From positions 1-10,414 of the forward strand of contig NZ_FUWK01000058.1 in the NCBI RefSeq assembly GCF_900167395.1: 10,414 bases of DNA. Direction: 5' to 3'. The notes beneath the pieces were generated by a model, which made no database searches, was not told the DNA's origin, and saw only the letters and a list, made by a program, of their open reading frames with translations. The DNA is from Nitrosomonas europaea. GTDB lineage: Bacteria > Pseudomonadota > Gammaproteobacteria > Burkholderiales > Nitrosomonadaceae. Position numbers and translations under genes: made by a program. Shown piece by piece: positions 6,820-10,414 of this stretch. Position 1 is the first letter of the stretch; every line of letters begins with the position of its first letter.

Positions 6820-6873
6820 GGGGCAGGATTAAACAGATAAAGGCGGGAAACTGTGGCCTGCCCCTGTTTTTTT
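6820..6873 (+). terminator. Terminator-like hairpin plus T-run (copy C)
   Basis: GGGGCAGG (6820-6827) pairs with CCTGCCCC (6857-6864) and is followed by TGTTTTTTT. The stem is 8 bp here and 7 bp in copy B. Confidence 0.35.
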
Positions 6874-7084
6874 CCGAACCCGAGATGGGCAGCAGCTGTT
6901 TTTAACTGAAGCATCTGATGGAAGGTATTTTGACACCTACCGTTACCGCCATTATCGCTATCTCCTTGTATCATTTAACAGCCATGACTTTTATGCTGCA
7001 ATAAACTCATCAGATAAATCTTGCTGACGTTCGTCGCTGATCAGGATATTATTTCCCATGGTGTATTCATTAGGATACAAAACC

Positions 7085-7393
7085 ATGTATATTGTCAAAA
7101 GATTAGATGAGTTTGATAAGTGGTTGGACGGTTTGAAGGACCGCCCCACAAGAATCCGCCTAATTCGTCGCTTAGATAAAGCCAGGCAAGGCTTGCTAGG
7201 CGATGTTAAGTCTGTGGGTGAGGGCGTGTTTGAGATGCGTGAGTTTTTTGGTTCTGGTTGGCGCATGTATTACATCCAGCAAGGCGGCACCATTATTTTG
7301 ATGCTTGGAGGTGGTGACAAATCAACACAGAGCAAAGATATTCAGAAAGCCATTCAATTGGCTAATGATTTAGGAGAAAACAGCTATGAGTAA
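7085..7393 (+). CDS. RelE/ParE-superfamily addiction-module killer protein (HigB-like, TIGR02683 type)
   Basis: The translation is MYIVKRLDEFDKWLDGLKDRPTRIRLIRRLDKARQGLLGDVKSVGEGVFEMREFFGSGWRMYYIQQGGTIILMLGGGDKSTQSKDIQKA.... It fits the F..WL..L.D......I..RL.R...G..GD.K.VG.GV.E.R...G.G.R.Y.......I.LL.GGDKS.Q..DI pattern. AGGA lies 10 nt upstream of ATG 7085. An upstream in-frame ATG at 7058 is less consistent with the family N-terminus. Confidence 0.8.
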   Translation: MYIVKRLDEFDKWLDGLKDRPTRIRLIRRLDKARQGLLGDVKSVGEGVFEMREFFGSGWRMYYIQQGGTIILMLGGGDKSTQSKDIQKAIQLANDLGENSYE

Positions 7394-7706
7394 AAAAACA
7401 CCTTTAAATGAAATTGCTGAATTTGATGTGTCGGATTACTTACGTGATGACGAGGATATTGCCGAATATTTAACCCAAGTGCTGGCTGAAGGTGATAGCA
7501 ATGAATTACTACGCGCTATTGGTTACATTGCAAAAGCACGTGGCATAACTCAGTTGGCTAAGGATACGGGTCTTGGTCGGGAAAGTCTTTATAAAGCCTT
7601 TCGTGCAGGCTCAAAACCTCAATTTGAAACAGTATTTAAAGTGCTGCACGCGCTAAATATTAATTTAAAAGCAATTCCTAAAGAAGTAGTTAGCACACGA
7701 GTTTGA
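7386..7706 (+). CDS. Addiction-module antidote protein (XRE-HTH, TIGR02684 type), partner of 7085-7393
   Basis: It overlaps the toxin by 8 nt. Motifs are FDVSDYLRDDEDIAEYLTQVLAEGDSNELLRAIGYIAKARGITQLAKDTGLGRESLYKAFRAGSKPQFETVFKVLHALNINL. Confidence 0.85.
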   Translation: MSKKTPLNEIAEFDVSDYLRDDEDIAEYLTQVLAEGDSNELLRAIGYIAKARGITQLAKDTGLGRESLYKAFRAGSKPQFETVFKVLHALNINLKAIPKEVVSTRV

Positions 7707-7739
7707 AAAAGCGCTTAATAGTGTATCCAGATTACTTGA

Positions 7740-7969
7740 CTAGAACACTATGACAACAAGCAGCACGATATGCCGCATTTTCATGTGGAGTTCCAGAGTA
7801 TTCTGCCGTTGTGGCAATCTCCGATGATCAAGTGCCGGCAGGTAACCTGCCTTCTGGCAAGATGAAATTGGTTCAGGCTTGGTTTGAAATCCACCGAGAT
7901 GCGCTAATGGCTGTGTGGCGTTTGGCGGTGCAAGGTATCCCACCGCAGCGTATTCGTTCCCTGGAGTAA
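7740..7969 (+). pseudogene. DUF4160-family gene remnant (N-terminally truncated and frameshifted)
   Basis: One frame reads LEHYDNKQHDMPHFHVEFQ. After a shift near 7797 the next reads YSAVVAISDDQVPAGNLPSGKMKLVQAWFEIHRDALMAVWRLAVQGIPPQRIRSLE*. This resembles the DUF4160 pattern (..H.PPHFH..Y...A...I....L.G.LP.....LV..W...H..EL...W). Confidence 0.6.
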
Positions 7970-7974
7970 ACGAG

Positions 7975-8125
7975 ATGTTTAAAAAGCGTTGTGCTGTTAA
8001 GCCACTCTCCAATGGTGTACTTTGGGTTGAAATGGATAATGGGGCTTGCGGCGAATTTGACGTGAAACCATATATGAATTTGGAATTTTTCTCCAAACTG
8101 AAAAATCCTGCCTATTTTCAACAGG
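7975..8125 (+). pseudogene. DUF2442-family gene, C-terminally truncated (usual partner of DUF4160)
   Basis: MFKKRCAVKPLSNGVLWVEMDNGACGEFDVKPYMNLEFFSKLKNPAYFQQ resembles DUF2442. After about 8125 the open frame (which runs to 8196) no longer looks like the family and overlaps a toxin remnant in another frame. Confidence 0.5.
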
Positions 8126-8266
8126 CGAATAGTTACCATAACGCGCAATCTGCGCACTTCATTTTTTGTGCTTCACTGCTTCAAAAAGAAGACTGAGAAA
8201 ACAGCAAAATCAAATATTGACTTAGCCAAATCCAGATACAAGGAATTAGTGAGGAAGCTTAAATGA
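8123..8266 (+). pseudogene. C-terminal remnant of a RelE/ParE-superfamily (Gp49-like, HigB-2 type) toxin
   Basis: The frame reads ...RRIVTITRNLRTSFFVLHCFKKKTEKTAKSNIDLAKSRYKELVRKLK*. The YVLHAF.KKT.KT...DI.LA..RY..L block is the conserved C-terminus of this toxin family. The N-terminal ~70 aa are absent. Its stop overlaps the next gene's ATG (ATGA at 8263-8266). Confidence 0.6.
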
Positions 8267-8541
8267 GCAAAAAATTTGAAAGTGTGTGAGATGCGATCGA
8301 GGATACGCCACAGTAGGCCGCAAGTATGAAGATGCGTTCTCAATTGTTAATAGTTCTGCAAGAACACTTGAGAAATAGCGGGCTTACGCAATTTAAAGCA
8401 GCGGAATTACTCGGGGTAACTCAACCTCGCGTTTCTGATTTGATGAGAGGAAAAATTGATCTGTTTTCTCTTGAATCACTGATAGATATGATTACGAGTA
8501 TCGGTTTGAAAGTGGAAATAAACATTAAAGATGCGGCTTAA
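8263..8541 (+). pseudogene. XRE-family HTH antitoxin with two in-frame nonsense codons
   Basis: The translation is MSKKFESV*DAIEDTPQ*AASMKMRSQLLIVLQEHLRNSGLTQFKAAELLGVTQPRVSDLMRGKIDLFSLESLIDMITSIGLKVEINIKDAA. TGA at 8287-8289 sits where the family has Trp (SVWDAIEDTP), and TAG is at 8314-8316. Only the 8326-8541 part remains an ORF. Confidence 0.7.
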
Positions 8542-8588
8542 AGAAAACAGGGAGCGCCCGTTAGCCGGCCGGAGTCAAGTGAGTAAAG

Positions 8589-8614
8589 TGTAGTAGTTCA
8601 GATTTGATCTGACA
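8589..8614 (+). repeat. Solo terminal inverted repeat of the IS481-family element (remnant of a third, inverted copy)
   Basis: TGTAGTAGTTCAGATTTGATCTGACA is identical over 26 nt to the reverse complement of 270-295. Similarity to the IS interior stops immediately after it. Confidence 0.8.
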
Positions 8615-8620
8615 TTAGAT

Positions 8621-8673
8621 CCTGACGTGGTTTAATGAAACTGGGCTATCCAGTTTCATTAAACCACGTCAGG
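8621..8673. repeat. Perfect 24-bp-stem palindrome with a 5-nt loop
   Basis: CCTGACGTGGTTTAATGAAACTGG (8621-8644), loop GCTAT, CCAGTTTCATTAAACCACGTCAGG (8650-8673). There is no flanking T-run on either strand. Confidence 0.9.
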
Positions 8674-8702
8674 CCTGCAGCCTCCTCAAAACCCGGGGCA
8701 AT

Positions 8703-9002
8703 TCAATAATAGTCATCCTCTAATTGGTGACGCACTGCCAGCACAGTAACTGTGTTGCTATCTTCGATTTCGAATAAGACCACGTAGCCAGAATTTCCAA
8801 ATGAAATAATAAACTCACGAAGAAACGGGTTCGCATCGTCAATTTTTCGACAGGAAAACGGGAACTGTTCAAGTAGTGACCAAGCGCTGTCAATGGTCTC
8901 TAGCGTTCTTTCGGCGACATCAAAGTCGTGTTCAGCAAGAAATCTGTACAACCGCTCGATATCCGCCTTTGCCTCCAGGGTGAAACGGACATGAAAGCTC
9001 AC
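8703..9002 (-). CDS. parE: ParE/RelE-family toxin
   Basis: The 99-aa protein has a GTG start overlapping the upstream stop (GTGA). The translation is SFHVRFTLEAKADIERLYRFLAEHDFDVAERTLETIDSAWSLLEQFPFSCRKID..NPFLREFIISFGNSGYVVLFEIEDSNTVTVLAVRHQLEDDYY, a typical ParE layout. Confidence 0.85.
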   Translation of the reverse strand: MSFHVRFTLEAKADIERLYRFLAEHDFDVAERTLETIDSAWSLLEQFPFSCRKIDDANPFLREFIISFGNSGYVVLFEIEDSNTVTVLAVRHQLEDDYY

Positions 9003-9265
9003 TCTTTGCTTCTCTGTTCATCCAGTATGGAGTGCAAAGAACTCATTACCTCTGCTTTGGATGCATACTGCCCGGAGGATTTGGCCGCCTCCCGCGCTGT
9101 CAGGCCACGCGCTATGAATTCTTGTTGGGTTCGCCGACGTTCGATATGTTGCCGCAGAGACTCTTCAACAAAAGCACTTAGAGATTCTCCCTCACGCAAC
9201 ACGCTTTCTGCGTCACGGCGGAACTCCGGTGTGACTCGTAGTGACGGAATGGTTGATGATTTCAT
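8999..9265 (-). CDS. ParD-like / YlcI-YnfO-type antitoxin, partner of ParE
   Basis: The translation is MKSSTIPSLRVTPEFRRDAESVLREGESLSAFVEESLRQHIERRRTQQEFIARGLTAREAAKSSGQYASKAEVMSSL.... An alternative ATG at 9289 would add 8 aa and could be leaderless relative to the predicted promoter. Confidence 0.7.
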   Translation of the reverse strand: MKSSTIPSLRVTPEFRRDAESVLREGESLSAFVEESLRQHIERRRTQQEFIARGLTAREAAKSSGQYASKAEVMSSLHSILDEQRSKE

Positions 9266-9283
9266 AGCGTTACCAAGTATGAG

Positions 9284-9327
9284 TTGCATATGCGATGCAA
9301 TATACGTCGTTCTCTCCTCAAACGCAA
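9284..9327 (-). promoter_or_regulatory. Putative sigma70 promoter and operator palindrome of the parDE-like operon
   Basis: On the minus strand the promoter reads TTGCGT (rc of 9322-9327), a 17-nt spacer, then TATATT (rc of 9299-9304). It is followed by the inverted repeat TTGCAT-N5-ATGCAA (9284-9300). Confidence 0.5.
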
Positions 9328-9533
9328 TGACTGAATCGCCCCGGGTTTGAACTGACCCCCAGAAGTTGGACAGTTGCGATTCCGCCGATCAGGCGGTGCT
9401 TCTCAATCGGGCCTGCCTCAGGCAACCGATTACCTCCAACGGTAGATGATATAAAAGTATCTTTGGTTGATAAGGCATGCCCGAGCAGTCGCTTGCCTTG
9501 GTGGCTACAACGTTATTGTGAGCTGTGGTGTGG

Positions 9534-9573
9534 TTGACGATACGTACGTATTAACGTACGATGAAATCGGAGG
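9534..9573 (+). promoter_or_regulatory. Putative yefM-yoeB promoter/operator and ribosome-binding site
   Basis: TTGACG (9534-9539), a 17-nt spacer, then TACGAT (9557-9562). The spacer and -10 region carry two CGTACG palindromes (GTAC cores, as in known YefM-YoeB operators). GGAGG at 9569-9573 lies 9 nt before ATG 9583. Confidence 0.5.
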
Positions 9574-9582
9574 TGTATTTAT

Positions 9583-9825
9583 ATGGCAATACTAAACGCA
9601 ACAGAAGCAAGAGCGAGGTTGTACGCCTTAATTGATGAGGCCGCAGAAACACACCAGCCTATTGTGATTAAGGGAAAAAGGTCAAGTGCGGTGCTTTTAT
9701 CGGAGGAAGACTGGAACGCTATCAACGAGACGCTTTACTTGGTTTCTATCCCGGGAATGCGCGAATCCATTATGGAGGGTATGAAAACTGATGTGGATGA
9801 GTGCAGTAGGGAATTGGATTGGTAA
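9583..9825 (+). CDS. yefM: Phd/YefM-family antitoxin
   Basis: The translation is MAILNATEARARLYALIDEAAETHQPIVIKGKRSSAVLLSEEDWNAINETLYLVSIPGMRESIMEG.... Confidence 0.9.
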   Translation: MAILNATEARARLYALIDEAAETHQPIVIKGKRSSAVLLSEEDWNAINETLYLVSIPGMRESIMEGMKTDVDECSRELDW

Positions 9826-10085
9826 TGTGGGAGCTGCGATATACCCATCAAGCGCAAAAGGATGCAAAAAAGCTGGCATCGTCTGGGCTTAAAGATAAGG
9901 CAGAGGAGTTGTTAGCGGTTGTGAGGAATAATCCGTACCAAACCCCACCCCCCTATGAAAAGCTGGTTGGTGATTTGGCTGGAGCCTGTTCACGCCGTAT
10001 CAACATCCAGCACAGGCTCGTGTATCAGGTGTTGGAGCGGGAGAGGATAGTAAAGGTTTTGCGTATGTGGACTCATTATGTGTAG
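9825..10085 (+). CDS. yoeB: Txe/YoeB-family toxin; its last codon and stop codon lie inside the IS terminal repeat
   Basis: The ATG overlaps the yefM TAA (TAATG). The translation is MWELRYTHQAQKDAKKLASSGLKDKAEELLAVVRNNPYQTPPPYEKLVGDLAGACSRRINIQHRLVYQVLERERIVKVLRMWTHYV*. The C-terminal His-Tyr pair is retained. Confidence 0.9.
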   Translation: MWELRYTHQAQKDAKKLASSGLKDKAEELLAVVRNNPYQTPPPYEKLVGDLAGACSRRINIQHRLVYQVLERERIVKVLRMWTHYV

Positions 10086-10414
10086 TAGTTGAGATCTGAT
10101 CTGACAGTTACCCGATTTGACGAGTGCCTGTTAGATCAGATTCAGTTATTCAATTCGGTAATTTTATCGTCCCATATCTCCTTAGCGTCAATTAAAGTTT
10201 GCATCGGGGTGCGTCCACAGCACATTTTTCCCTGGTGAGTCCGCACACTGTTGTAGTACGCCATCCAATCATCCAGATCGTGTTGTAACTCTTCAATGGA
10301 CTGGTAAATCTTGCGCCGGAATGTCACCTGGTAGAACTCCTGCAAGATGGTTTTGTGAAAGCGTTCGCAAATACCGTTGGTCTGCGGATGATTGGCTTTC
10401 GTTTTGGAATGTTC
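10081..10414 (-). mobile_element. IS481-family insertion sequence, partial copy; terminal inverted repeat at 10081-10107, and the element continues off the right edge
   Basis: TGTAGTAGTTGAGATCTGATCTGACAG at 10081-10107 is followed by the 3' end of the transposase gene on the minus strand. The orientation is the same as the copy at 1-295. Confidence 0.8.
10142..10414 (-). CDS. IS481-family transposase, C-terminal rve/DDE part (partial)
   Basis: The translation is ...HSKTKANHPQTNGICERFHKTILQEFYQVTFRRKIYQSIEELQHDLDDWMAYYNSVRTHQGKMCCGRTPMQTLIDAKEIWDDKITELNN*. The PQTNG..ERF...L and YN..R.H motifs are typical of the integrase-core C-terminus. Confidence 0.85.
   Translation of the reverse strand, partial: EHSKTKANHPQTNGICERFHKTILQEFYQVTFRRKIYQSIEELQHDLDDWMAYYNSVRTHQGKMCCGRTPMQTLIDAKEIWDDKITELNN

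Larger units (their letters stand above)
6126..6872. repeat. Repeat copy C (~750 bp): frameshifted higA, dead higB / small ORF, and a hairpin with T-run
   Basis: It is colinear with 671-1417 in direct orientation. Confidence 0.9.

Noticed and set aside
6726-7266. Minus-strand ORFs at 6726-6974 and 6991-7266.
   Set aside because: The first is an out-of-frame read-through of the higB remnant and its upstream spacer. The second is antisense to the RelE/ParE-type toxin gene. Neither has a recognisable motif.
7740-8157. Minus-strand ORFs at 7740-8096 and 7873-8157.
   Set aside because: They are antisense to the recognisable DUF4160 and DUF2442 remnants. Their composition is Ser/Pro/Leu-rich and they have no start signals.
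8928-9350. The plus-strand 140-aa ORF across parE and the parD-like gene.
   Set aside because: It is antisense to two well-supported, translationally coupled genes.
9332-9360. A possible tRNA 3' fragment or attachment site (GGGTTTGAAC / GTTCAAACCCGGGG resembles a T-loop).
   Set aside because: No complementary T-stem half, acceptor stem or CCA context can be drawn. The sequence is better explained as one arm of the inverted repeat flanking the parDE-like cassette.
296-10080. A chromosomal integron cassette array, suggested by the many small TA cassettes in a row.
   Set aside because: There is no intI gene in the window. No recurring attC-like imperfect palindrome with RYYYAAC/GTTRRRY cores lies between cassettes. 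The gene orientations are mixed. The repeats that do exist are gene-containing duplications and IS ends.
1-10414. A CRISPR array, rRNA or tRNA genes.
   Set aside because: There are no short regularly spaced direct repeats and no rRNA- or tRNA-like segments on either strand.

Overview
This window is an accessory toxin-antitoxin (TA) and anti-phage defence island bracketed by insertion sequences. Both edges are partial copies of the same IS481-family element in the same orientation (1-295 and 10081-10414), with 27-bp terminal repeats TGTAGTAGTT[C/G]AGAT[T/C]TGATCTGACAG. A third, solo 26-bp copy of that repeat lies at 8589-8614. The content between them, left to right, is: a DarT/DarG pair (1438-3148, minus strand); a decayed IS4-family transposase remnant (3343-3995, minus); an AAA_15/21-type ATPase plus RloB-like protein, i.e. 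an AbiL-like two-gene module (4163-6120, plus); and a run of type II TA modules. The intact TA modules are a RelE/ParE-type killer with its antidote (7085-7706), ParE with a ParD-like antitoxin (8703-9265, minus) and YefM/YoeB (9583-10085). The broken ones are DUF4160/DUF2442 and a Gp49-like toxin with its XRE antitoxin (7740-8541). The most unusual signal is a ~750-bp repeat made of higA plus a dead higB (671-1417 and 6126-6872, with a truncated third copy at 296-570). On the strand opposite the dead higB, a 74-codon ORF is intact in all three copies and diverges mainly at its own third codon positions. The two full repeats are direct and bracket the DarTG plus AbiL-like cargo. I saw no rRNA, tRNA or CRISPR array. 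All family assignments are by-eye motif recognition from the translations, not database searches.
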